A DNA stretch of 64,000 nt from Candidatus Latescibacterota bacterium (GTDB lineage Bacteria; Latescibacterota; UBA2968; GCA-2709665), in the NCBI GenBank assembly GCA_965219995.1, contig CBDCOX010000002.1, positions 2,464,001 through 2,528,000 on the forward strand, read 5' to 3'. A program made the position numbers and the translations under genes. Of this stretch, positions 10,128-18,633 are shown in pieces; positions within the stretch are counted from its first letter, which is position 1, and each line of letters opens with the position of its first letter. Below the pieces are notes generated by a model. That model had not been told where the DNA came from, did no database searches, and worked only from the letters and a program-made list of their open reading frames with translations.

Positions 10128-10690
10128 CGGTAAGACGGGAGACGGGAGACGGGAGACGGTAGAGGACATCATTGCCCGGTTGGTCATTCCCTTATGCCTC
10201 CGGCAAGAAATGAAAACGCACAGGGCAATAAAACCGGTGAGACGCAAGACGGGAGACGGTAGATGACATCCTTGCCCGGTTAGTTACTCCCTTATGCCTC
10301 CGGCAAGAAATGAAGCCGCACAGGGCAAGAAAACCGGTGAGACGGGAGACGCAAGACGGTAGATGACATCCTTGCCCGGTTGGATCTTCCCTCTATGCCT
10401 CCGGCAAGACAAGAATCCGCACAGGGCAATAAAACCGGTGAGACGGTAGGGGAAAACGTTACCACAGTGCTTCCACATTAACCGTGCCTGCCAAATTGCC
10501 TTTATCGTATCCACCATAATGAACCAAACGGCACTCATTTTCTCTCCCCTCTTACGTCTAACGTCTCCCCGCTTCTGAGGGGTCGGGGGGAGAGGTCTGC
10601 GCGCATATCAGCGGCAAATTTCGCCAGGCCGTTTCGTAATCCTATGGGCGCGGGCTGTCATCTCACGTCTCCCGTCTCACGTCTCCCCCG
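10128..10690. repeat. Heptamer-based structured repeat, locus 3 (units at ~10137, 10237, 10337, partial at 10438; complementary tracts 10540-10572 and 10660-10690)
   Basis: 100/100/101-bp period; same conserved core as loci 1 and 2. Confidence 0.9.
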
Positions 10691-10806
10691 GGGAAGAGGG
10701 TCGAGGAAGGGGGAACCGTAATCGCTTGACGGGCCGTTTGCGGTTGAAATTGAAAGAGAAACGGCAGCCGGATATCAGGCTGCCATTCATCATTCGGAAT
10801 ATACGG

Positions 10807-11256
10807 TCAGCGAGTGCCATGGGGATCCCCCGATGCGAGGTATTCATCGTGCCTGGAGGAGACTTGTGGATCAGGGTGTGTAATTGCGCCAACGAACCGT
10901 AGGATGTCACCGGCATATATCAGTCCCTGTTCGCTCTGAAGTGGACCATAGTGTTCGTAGGCTGCTCCTTCAGGGTGCAAGTTCGGGCAACGGGTTGGTA
11001 TGAAGTAGTTGTCGAGCGACCGTCCTTGTTCGACGAGGCGCTGGGGCGGCGGATCCGAAAGTTCCGACAGAAGGCGGGCGACAACGTGGCGGCGTGCGCG
11101 CGTTCCGCTGGCGAGATGGAGCGCCTTGACGGCTCTTTCCGCGGCCTGGTGCGCGGCGAAGCAGGCCCAGTCGTGACGGCCGTCATTGCGTGAAGCCGTT
11201 GCCTGTTCCAAGTCGTGCTCCGCCTGGGCGAGCCAATCCCGCCATCGCTGCGCCAT
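10807..11256 (-). CDS. HEPN domain protein (MNT-HEPN type); C-terminus possibly aberrant
   Basis: DWLAQAEHDLEQA..WACFAAHQAAERAVKA..LDNYFIPTR. The usual GH is RH here; the tail runs on past the expected end. Confidence 0.8.
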   Translation of the reverse strand: MAQRWRDWLAQAEHDLEQATASRNDGRHDWACFAAHQAAERAVKALHLASGTRARRHVVARLLSELSDPPPQRLVEQGRSLDNYFIPTRCPNLHPEGAAYEHYGPLQSEQGLIYAGDILRFVGAITHPDPQVSSRHDEYLASGDPHGTR

Positions 11257-11431
11257 CCTGCCTCTCCATCCCTGGTCGCAAATTATCCGGATTCTTCTTG
11301 ATCCGCCCCGGCATTTCGTATGACTTCCGGTGTTGCGACTGCCCCTTTGCGTGGAAGCCAAAATATCCCTAATCGAAAGCATAAGCAAGGGGAAATGGTC
11401 CAGCGGCCGCCGTCCGGCGAAGGATAATGCA

Positions 11432-11460
11432 TTGACTGGAGGTGTACCGATATATACCTT
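11432..11460 (+). promoter_or_regulatory. Putative sigma70 promoter upstream of MNT gene
   Basis: TTGACT-17bp-TACCTT. Confidence 0.45.
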
Positions 11461-11558
11461 TTATACCTTTGCACCATTTCGCGGTCGTGTTCGTCAGAAC
11501 CTGGAGGAGTGAATAACGCCGAACGCCGCGTTTGGAGACAATCAGAAGGACATGATCT

Positions 11559-11849
11559 ATGAACAGAGATGAAGCTCTCAAGCTGCTCCGCGAGCACAAG
11601 GCAATCCTTGCACAGCGCTTTGGGGTTGTGGACCTTGCCCTGTTCGGGTCAATCGTCCGCAACCGGGCTACGGACAACAGCGACGTGGACGTCCTGGTAA
11701 ATTTCGACTCGCCGGCGACGTCAAAGCGGTATTTCGGAGTTCAGTTCTACATCGAAGACCTGCTGGGACGCCCAGTTGATCTGGTAACGGACAAAGCATT
11801 ACGAGCGGAGATGCGTCCATATATCAAGCGGGAGATGATCGTTGTCTGA
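11559..11849 (+). CDS. Minimal nucleotidyltransferase (MntA-type antitoxin)
   Basis: LALFGSIVR..SDVDVLV..LLGRPVDLVT. Confidence 0.9.
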   Translation: MNRDEALKLLREHKAILAQRFGVVDLALFGSIVRNRATDNSDVDVLVNFDSPATSKRYFGVQFYIEDLLGRPVDLVTDKALRAEMRPYIKREMIVV

Positions 11850-11869
11850 CGTCAATACGGAGATTGATC

Positions 11870-12088
11870 ATGAAGTCATTCGAGAGGATCACCATCGATC
11901 CAGAGGTCATGGGCGGCAAAGCATGCATTCGTGGTCTGCGCGTTACGGTTGGAACTGTCGTCGGACTCCTGGCGGCGGGCCGCTCGCGCGAGGAAATCCT
12001 CAAGGAATATCCCTACATTGAACGGGAAGACATCGATCAATCCATGGGCTACGCCGTGGAGAAAGTAAGAAGTAAGAATGAAAAATGA
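11870..12088 (+). CDS. DUF433 domain antitoxin; 3' end runs into the heptamer tract
   Basis: RITIDPEVMGGKACIRGLRVTV..EILKEYP. Confidence 0.88.
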   Translation: MKSFERITIDPEVMGGKACIRGLRVTVGTVVGLLAAGRSREEILKEYPYIEREDIDQSMGYAVEKVRSKNEK

Positions 12089-12860
12089 AGAAGGGAAAAT
12101 CGCGGCACTGATAAGCCGAATGACGTGTAGGCGTCATGAAGGAGGAACGAGAAAGGAAAAACGAAAAATGAAGAAAGGAAAATCGTGTGGCTGATGAGCT
12201 GAATGTCAAGAAAAATGGCAAGAGGAAGCAGGAAGACGCGGCTGATCTGCGGTCTCGGACGAAGGCATTCGCGCTGCAGGTCATTCGCCTGTATTCGGGT
12301 CTTCCCAGGCGAGCCGAGGCACAAGTCATCGGCCGGCAAATGATCCGTTCCGGAACGTCGGTGGGAGCGAATTACCGTGAGGCATATCGCGCACGGAGCA
12401 AAGCGGAGTTCATTGCAAAGGCTGGCGAGTGTTTGAAGGAGATCGAAGAGACCAGTTATTGGCTTGAGTTGCTCGTGGACTCAGGAATCGTTACCGAGGA
12501 GCGACTTGCAGACCTGACAAATGAGTGCGGTGAACTGACCGCGATTTTCGTCGCTTCAATTCGGACGGCGAAGAGAAACAAAGAGAAATGAAGAAGGAGG
12601 AAGGGAAAAGGAAAAACGAAAAAGGAAGAATGAAAAAGGAGAAATCTCGTGATGGAGTAGAGAGGTGATTTCCGTTTGTCCTACTCTTTTCATTCCTCCT
12701 TACATCAGATCGAACCCCTGCGACAGGCCACATGCTCTTCCTGCTTTCATTTCTTCGTTCTTCATTCGGCCTTCTTCCTTCAGCTTGAAACCCCGCGGCA
12801 GACCACGCGCTTATCCTGCTTTTAATTCTTCATTCTGCATTCTTCCTTCTTCCTTTTTTA
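12060..12860. repeat. RAANGAA heptamer tracts flanking the four-helix-bundle gene: purine-rich on both sides, then complementary pyrimidine tracts in 75-bp units
   Basis: gaatgaa/aaatgaa/aaacgaa/aaaggaa runs at 12075-12100, 12138-12182 and 12587-12643; ttcattc/ttccttc runs in units starting 12706 and 12781. Confidence 0.85.
12187..12591 (+). CDS. Four helix bundle protein (23S rRNA IVP / Avd-like, TIGR02436-type)
   Basis: RTKAFALQVIRL..QMIRSGTSVGANYREA.RARSKAEFIAK..LKEIEETSYWLELL. Confidence 0.92.
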   Translation: MADELNVKKNGKRKQEDAADLRSRTKAFALQVIRLYSGLPRRAEAQVIGRQMIRSGTSVGANYREAYRARSKAEFIAKAGECLKEIEETSYWLELLVDSGIVTEERLADLTNECGELTAIFVASIRTAKRNKEK

Positions 12861-12870
12861 TGAGAATATC

Positions 12871-13107
12871 GTGCCCAAGGTCAGCGCTAGACGACAGATA
12901 ACGCTACCGGCCGATCAGTGCCGTTTGGCCGGCATTGAGCCAGGTGACGAGTGCCTGAGTTTCGTGGATGATGGCGGCATCACCATCGTCCGCCAGCAGC
13001 CCGGTAGGGCATGGGGATGCTTGGCGCGCCTTGAAGGCGAACCGACGGATTCAGATGAGGCGTCGCTCCAGGACGCCATTGAAAGCAAGCGGAGCCAAAC
13101 GCCTTGA
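12871..13107 (+). CDS. AbrB/MazE/SpoVT-family antitoxin
   Basis: KVSARRQITLP..GIEPGDE; its stop overlaps a PIN start. Confidence 0.82.
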   Translation: MPKVSARRQITLPADQCRLAGIEPGDECLSFVDDGGITIVRQQPGRAWGCLARLEGEPTDSDEASLQDAIESKRSQTP

Positions 13108-13199
13108 TCGCGATCGACACCCATGTCCTGCCGCGCTATCTTTCGAGAGACGACGAAGCGCAGGTTGACGTTAATGATCACCGATATGCACCATCGTAG
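13104..13199 (+). pseudogene. 5' stub of VapC/PIN toxin
   Basis: TTG start, MIAIDTHVLPRYLSRDDEAQ, resembles MIAxDTNVLxRYLxxDDxxQ; then unrelated sequence and a stop. Confidence 0.7.
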
Positions 13200-13279
13200 G
13201 GCCTTACATATCAGATCTCCCTACATTAAAGATGTTTTGTATCATCACCAGTGTAGGGATACCCCCTCCAAATGTTAAG

Positions 13280-13318
13280 AAAAGGCCCTGGGCTGTTCAT
13301 CACAGCCCAGGGCCTTTT
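13280..13318. terminator. Bidirectional intrinsic terminator
   Basis: aaaaggccctgggctgt-tcatc-acagcccagggcctttt, a perfect 17-bp stem. Confidence 0.85.
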
Positions 13319-13333
13319 GAGGGGTGTAAAACC

Positions 13334-13501
13334 TTATTTATTCGAACTTTTGTTCCCACTGCTGCGATTCAATTGCACAGAGCGATTGTCCCTCGCAGCC
13401 TTATGCGCAGGGCTGGTCGGATTATGCTGATTCGCGTGGTGATTACGGTCGCCCTGGGACCAGTTACTACTGCCTTTGCCGCTGCCTTTACCTCGACCCA
13501 T
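13334..13501 (-). CDS. 55-aa small hydrophilic protein with a repeated (D/N)x(A/S)xQxN-like motif
   Basis: MGRGKGSGKGSSNWSQGDRNHHANQHNPTSPAHKAARDNRSVQLNRSSGNKSSNK; strong SD (aagggggtga) and a terminator just after the stop. Confidence 0.72.
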   Translation of the reverse strand: MGRGKGSGKGSSNWSQGDRNHHANQHNPTSPAHKAARDNRSVQLNRSSGNKSSNK

Positions 13502-13716
13502 TTCTGATCACCCCCTTTAATTTGAAGGTCTGTGGTCTTAGATTCGCGAACCAACACATAGGTTTCACTCTGTCAACACACATAACCGAAATCAGCCAAC
13601 GCCCTATCTAGCTTTACCGCTTGCCCTTCGCGGTCCGGCCACCGCACTGCTCAAACCGCTCAATACAAAGCCCCTGCAGCAAGTCCGTGTCCTATCCAGT
13701 TGAATATCCGGGTCTC

Positions 13717-13882
13717 CGTAAATGATCGGCCTAATGCGGCCACTTCAGGATCGGCCTAATCAGGCCACCTGGTAACAATTGGGGCTTCGGACTTCCCGTC
13801 ACTGTTTCTACCAACATGAACCCCTCGGGACAGCCCACGCGCTTATCCTGCTTTTATTTCTTCCTTCTGCATTTTTCCTTAT
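13717..13882 (+). mobile_element. IS21-family left-end remnant fused to a pyrimidine heptamer unit
   Basis: cgtaaatgatcggcctaatgcggcca with 25-bp-period internal repeats; homologous to 25970, which precedes istA. Confidence 0.72.
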
Positions 13883-13920
13883 AGATAGCGGCTGCGTGTT
13901 GCTCGTGCTGCCAAGCAGAT

Positions 13921-13953
13921 GACCCCGATGAAAGATCTCATCGGGGTCTCTTT
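13921..13953 (+). terminator. Hairpin/terminator
   Basis: gaccccgatga-aagatc-tcatcggggtc followed by tcttt. Confidence 0.6.
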
Positions 13954-14134
13954 GTGTGTCGCACAACGCGTCGAACTGGTCGCGAAATGCGTCATATTCG
14001 GCTGAGCCGCATTGACCAACAATGAAGATTGTCGTATATTGCGACTTCTATATAGGATAACATATATAGTCCGATCGAATTAGACGAGTTTACGAAACGG
14101 GGCGTTCGCAGGGACTGACATTTCCCGCGCTCGG

Positions 14135-14215
14135 GAACTGAATGCGCGCGACAGAATCGACGCGATGTTGAATCAGGCCGGCTGGAAGGTGCAGTCAAAG
14201 AACGAGATCGACTCC
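14135..14215 (+). pseudogene. 5' fragment of a second (EcoAI/EcoEI-like) HsdR
   Basis: ELNARDRIDAMLNQAGWKVQSKNEID resembles the PExxARxxIDxxLxxAGW N-terminus. Confidence 0.6.
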
Positions 14216-14313
14216 TTCATCCGCGTTATCGAATCCAACATCGGCTCGCGTTCGCATTCAACACTGGACATTCGGACCCTTTCAGCAGACGCCAAGAGGA
14301 GTAAGTCCCCGCG

Positions 14314-17300
14314 ATGGCGATGATCACGCCCGAACGCAAGCTTGAAGAGTCCCTTGTCGCGAAGCTACGGGACCTCAAGTACGAATATCGCTCCGACATC
14401 CGCGATCGATCCACGCTTGAAGCAAACTTCAGGGAAAAATTCGAAGCCCTGAACCGTGTCAACCTCACGGATGGCGAGTTCGAACGGCTTCTCGACGAGA
14501 TCGTCACACCAGACGTTTACGAAGCCGCCCGAACCCTCCGCAACCGGGAAGCGTTCGAACGCGACGACGGTACACCGCTCAACTACACCCTCGTCAACAT
14601 CAAGGATTGGTGCAAGAACACCTTCGAGGTCGTCAATCAGCTCCGCATCAATACGGACTACAGCCATCACCGCTACGACGTCATGCTCCTGATCAACGGC
14701 ATCCCTGTCGTTCAAGTTGAACTAAAGACGCTTGGCATCAGCCCCCGGCGGGCGATGAAGCAGATCGCCGAATACAAGAGCGACCCCGGCAACGGATACA
14801 CCAAGACGCTTCTTTGCTTCATCCAGCTCTTCATCGTCAGCAACCGCACGGACACGTGGTACTTCGCCAACAACAACGCGCGGCACTTCGCCTTCGACGC
14901 GGACGAGCGGTTCCTTCCGATCTACCGGTACGCGGACGAGGACAACACGACGATCGCCTATCTCGACGAATTCGCCGAACGATTCCTCGCCAAGTGCACG
15001 CTCGGCGAGGTGATCAGCAAGTACATGGTTCTCATCGCGAGCGAGCAGAGGCTCCTGGTGATGCGCCCGTACCAGATCTATGCCGTCAAGGCCATCGTCG
15101 AATGCATCGATCAGAACAGTGGTAACGGATATATCTGGCACACGACCGGCTCGGGAAAGACGCTCACCTCTTTCAAGGCTTCGACGCTCCTCAAGACCAA
15201 CGAGAGCATCCACAAGTGCCTCTTCGTCGTCGACCGCAAGGACCTCGACCGCCAGACCCGCGAGGAGTTCAACCGGTTCCAGGAGAACTGCGTCGAGGAA
15301 AACACCAACACCGCGGCGCTCGTCCGGCGCCTCCAGTCCGATGACTACGCGGACAAGGTCATCGTCACGACCATCCAGAAGCTCGGGCTCGCACTCGACG
15401 AGAACAGCAGGCGCAACAAGCAGAACATCGCGCAAGGGAAGTCAACGTTCAAACAGGAGCTTGAGCAACTCCGCGACAAGCGGATGGTCTTCATCTTTGA
15501 TGAGTGCCATAGGTCACAGTTCGGCGAAAACCACAAAGCCATCAAGCAGTTCTTCCCGAACTCTCAACTCTTCGGCTTCACTGGCACCCCGATTTTCGAG
15601 GACAACGCGACCATCAGGCAGATCGAGGGTGACGTTTCCACCCTTCGAACCACAAAAGACCTCTTTCAGAAAAAGCTCCACGCCTACACCATCACCCACG
15701 CGATCGAGGATCGGAACGTCCTCCGCTTCCACGTCGACTACTATAAGCAAAAGAACGTCCCCGCCCTCAAGCCAGGTCAGACCGTCGCCAAGCAGGCGGT
15801 CGCTCAGGCGATCCTCGACAAGCACGATGCCGCGACCAGCAGACGACGCTTCAACGCGCTGTTTGCCACCGCCTCCATCAACGACGCCATCGAGTACTAC
15901 GAAGTCTTCAGGAACCTCCAGGCCGAGCGCCAGACCACCGACCCTGAGTTCGTGCCTCTCAAGATCGCCGCGGTCTTCTCGCCGCCGGCGGAGGGCAACA
16001 AAGACGTCCAGCAGATTCAGGAGGATCTTCCCCAGGAGAAGGAGGACAACCGGCACGACCCCGAGGGCAAGAAGAACGCGCTCAGGGCCATCATTGCGGA
16101 CTACAACCAGCAGTACGACACGAACCACGACATCAACAACTTCGACCTCTATTACCAAGACCTCCAGCAGCGCATCAAGGACCAGCAATTCCCCAATCGC
16201 GACATGCCCGAAAAGGGCGCCGAGAAGATCGACATCACTATCGTCGTCGAAATGCTCCTCACCGGCTTCGACGCCTTGTACCTCAACACACTCTACGTCG
16301 ACAAGAACCTCAAGCACCACAGCCTGATCCAGGCCTTCTCCCGCACCAACCGCATTCTTAACGCGACCAAGCCCTACGGCCAGGTAATTGACTTCCGGCA
16401 GCAGCAAGACAGCGTCGACGCCGCCATCGCTCTCTTTTCCGGTGCGCAGGCTGACCGGGCCCGCGAGATCTGGCTGGTGGACAAGGCTCCCGTCGTCATC
16501 GACAACTTCAAACAGGCTGTCGCCGCCCTCGGCCAGTTCATGCAGTCGCAGGGCCTCGAAGCCAGGCCGGATCAGGTGAACAACCTGATGGGCGACGTCG
16601 CGCGCGCCCAGTTCATTAATTGGTTCAAGGATGTCCAGCGCCTCAAGACGCAGCTCGATCAGTACACCGACCTCACCGACGAGCAGCGCGAGCAGATTGA
16701 GAAGGCCCTCCCCATGGACAACCTCCGCGCCTTCCGCGGCGCTTACCTCGAAACCGCCCAGCGCCTGAAAGAGCAACAGGGGATGCCCGCCGGCGACGGC
16801 GATCCGGCCAATCTCGAGGTTCACCAGCTCGACTTCGAGTTCGTCCTCTTCGCCTCCGCCCTCATCGACTACGACTACATCATGAAGCTGATCGCCAGGT
16901 ACTCGACTCAGGACCCGATGAAGCTGACGATTAGCCGAGAGCAACTCATTGGTCTGATTCAGTCCGACGCGAACTTCCTCGACGAGCGGGAGGAGATCAC
17001 CGACTACGTCCGCTCACTTAAGGAGGGCGAAGGCCTCGACGAGGCCGAGGTCCGCACTGGCTACGAGCAGTTCAAGGCCGATAAGCAGGCCATGGAAATC
17101 GTGAACCTCGCCCAAGCCCACGGTCTGACGACCCAGTCCCTATCGGCCTTCGTCGACACCATCCTCCAGCGCATGATCTTCGACGGGGAGCAGCTCACCG
17201 ACCTTATGGAACCGCTCGAACTTGGCTGGCGTGATCGCCGTCAGCGCGAACTCGCATTGATGGCGGATCTCGTTCCACTGCTGAACAAGCGGGCCCACGG

Positions 17301-17334
17301 GAGGGACATCTCGGGCCTTAACGCCTACGAGTAG
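14314..17334 (+). CDS. hsdR: Type I restriction enzyme subunit R (EcoR124/prr-like)
   Basis: DVMLLINGIPVVQVELK nuclease motif, HTTGSGKT, DECHRSQFG, GFTGTP, LIQAFSRTNR. Confidence 0.96.
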   Translation: MAMITPERKLEESLVAKLRDLKYEYRSDIRDRSTLEANFREKFEALNRVNLTDGEFERLLDEIVTPDVYEAARTLRNREAFERDDGTPLNYTLVNIKDWCKNTFEVVNQLRINTDYSHHRYDVMLLINGIPVVQVELKTLGISPRRAMKQIAEYKSDPGNGYTKTLLCFIQLFIVSNRTDTWYFANNNARHFAFDADERFLPIYRYADEDNTTIAYLDEFAERFLAKCTLGEVISKYMVLIASEQRLLVMRPYQIYAVKAIVECIDQNSGNGYIWHTTGSGKTLTSFKASTLLKTNESIHKCLFVVDRKDLDRQTREEFNRFQENCVEENTNTAALVRRLQSDDYADKVIVTTIQKLGLALDENSRRNKQNIAQGKSTFKQELEQLRDKRMVFIFDECHRSQFGENHKAIKQFFPNSQLFGFTGTPIFEDNATIRQIEGDVSTLRTTKDLFQKKLHAYTITHAIEDRNVLRFHVDYYKQKNVPALKPGQTVAKQAVAQAILDKHDAATSRRRFNALFATASINDAIEYYEVFRNLQAERQTTDPEFVPLKIAAVFSPPAEGNKDVQQIQEDLPQEKEDNRHDPEGKKNALRAIIADYNQQYDTNHDINNFDLYYQDLQQRIKDQQFPNRDMPEKGAEKIDITIVVEMLLTGFDALYLNTLYVDKNLKHHSLIQAFSRTNRILNATKPYGQVIDFRQQQDSVDAAIALFSGAQADRAREIWLVDKAPVVIDNFKQAVAALGQFMQSQGLEARPDQVNNLMGDVARAQFINWFKDVQRLKTQLDQYTDLTDEQREQIEKALPMDNLRAFRGAYLETAQRLKEQQGMPAGDGDPANLEVHQLDFEFVLFASALIDYDYIMKLIARYSTQDPMKLTISREQLIGLIQSDANFLDEREEITDYVRSLKEGEGLDEAEVRTGYEQFKADKQAMEIVNLAQAHGLTTQSLSAFVDTILQRMIFDGEQLTDLMEPLELGWRDRRQRELALMADLVPLLNKRAHGRDISGLNAYE

Positions 17335-17346
17335 GAGGGGCGCGCG

Positions 17347-18633
17347 ATGACAGTCGATAAGGCGACTACCGTGGTACCCGAGTTGCGGTTTCCTGAGTTT
17401 CGCAGCGCAGGAGACTGGCACTTCCAGCCGCTCAGCGACATCGCGGAGCTGATCTCCAACAGGGTTGGAACGACGAAGTGCGTGCCTATGAGCGTCACCA
17501 CCGGCGTCGGCCTCGTGAGTCAAAAGGAGAAGTTCGGCCGCACCATCGCTGGCGACTCGTACAAGAACTACATCCGGCTTCAGACGAACGATTTTGCCTA
17601 CAACAAGAGTGCGACCAAAGAGTTCCCGCAGGGATACATCGCTCGATACTCCGGCACGAAGGACGCGGCTGTACCTAACAGCATTTTCACGTGCTTCAGG
17701 CCGGACATCGTTGGCATCATCCCGGAATACCTCGACCATCTTTTTCACAGGAATCACCACGGCCGATGGCTGCGGAAGTACATCACGGTCGGTGCGCGTG
17801 CCCACGGCGCGCTGAGTGTCAGCAACGATGATCTAATGTCGATGCCGGTTCCGCTTCCGCCGGATGCGGTATCGTGTCACGAGCAAAAGAAGATCGCCGA
17901 CTGCCTCGGTTCGCTGGACGACCTTATAGCGGCGGAGGACCGGAAGCTCGAAGCCCTGCGGCGGCACAAACATGGGCTGATGCAGCAGCTTTTCCCCCAG
18001 CCCGGCGAATCTGTGCCACTTCTTGGAGGACAAAGCGATTGGAAAACGCTCGATCTATCAAAGGTAGCATTCTTTCAAGAAGGTCCTGGTATCATGGCTG
18101 CAGATTTTCATTCGGCCGGAGTACCGTTAGTGAGGCTGTCTGGCCTCGCCGAAGAAACCGTTACGCTCGATGGATGCGATTTCCTAGACTCACATAAAGT
18201 AGCGCAGAAGTGGGCGCACTTTCGACTTGCCGTCGGTGACTTAGTCATTTCAACAAGTGCGTCATTTGGGCGTGTATCAACTGTTACAGAGACCGCAGCA
18301 GGTGCGGTCTTCTACACTGGTTTGGTGCGATTTCGTTCCATCGATGAGCGATTGAGCAACGCCTACTTGAAAGCTCATTTGGAAAGTCCAGACTTCCTTC
18401 GGCAAGTGGAATCTCACGCAGTTGGGGGCGGTATCAAGCACTTCGGTCCAACTCATCTGCGTCAGATGCAGATCCAAGTACCTCCACTTTTTGATCAACA
18501 GCGCATCGCGGAAGTCCTTTCGAGCTTGAACGTGGGCGTCGATGGGCAATGTCGAAAGCTGGATACTCTTAGACGACACAAACATGGTCTTCTTCAGCAA
18601 CTCTTTCCGTCTCTGGAGGCCAATAGGGCATGA
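17347..18633 (+). CDS. hsdS: Type I R-M specificity subunit
   Basis: VPELRFPEF; two TRDs; repeated (E/D)QxxIAxxLxSL..HKHGLxQQLFP. Confidence 0.95.
   Translation: MTVDKATTVVPELRFPEFRSAGDWHFQPLSDIAELISNRVGTTKCVPMSVTTGVGLVSQKEKFGRTIAGDSYKNYIRLQTNDFAYNKSATKEFPQGYIARYSGTKDAAVPNSIFTCFRPDIVGIIPEYLDHLFHRNHHGRWLRKYITVGARAHGALSVSNDDLMSMPVPLPPDAVSCHEQKKIADCLGSLDDLIAAEDRKLEALRRHKHGLMQQLFPQPGESVPLLGGQSDWKTLDLSKVAFFQEGPGIMAADFHSAGVPLVRLSGLAEETVTLDGCDFLDSHKVAQKWAHFRLAVGDLVISTSASFGRVSTVTETAAGAVFYTGLVRFRSIDERLSNAYLKAHLESPDFLRQVESHAVGGGIKHFGPTHLRQMQIQVPPLFDQQRIAEVLSSLNVGVDGQCRKLDTLRRHKHGLLQQLFPSLEANRA

Noticed and set aside
3328-10690. CRISPR array interpretation of the 100-bp tandem units
   Set aside because: Would-be spacers are conserved between units, the repeats are degenerate heptamers, and no cas genes are present.
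12187-12591. Diversity-generating retroelement or 23S rRNA intervening sequence
   Set aside because: No reverse transcriptase, TR/VR pair or rRNA sequence was seen in the window.
13686-13713. Possible IS terminal repeat (gtgtcctatccagttgaatatccgggt); similar hints at 25821 and 25878
   Set aside because: No partner end or transposase is visible; the resemblance is too weak to call.
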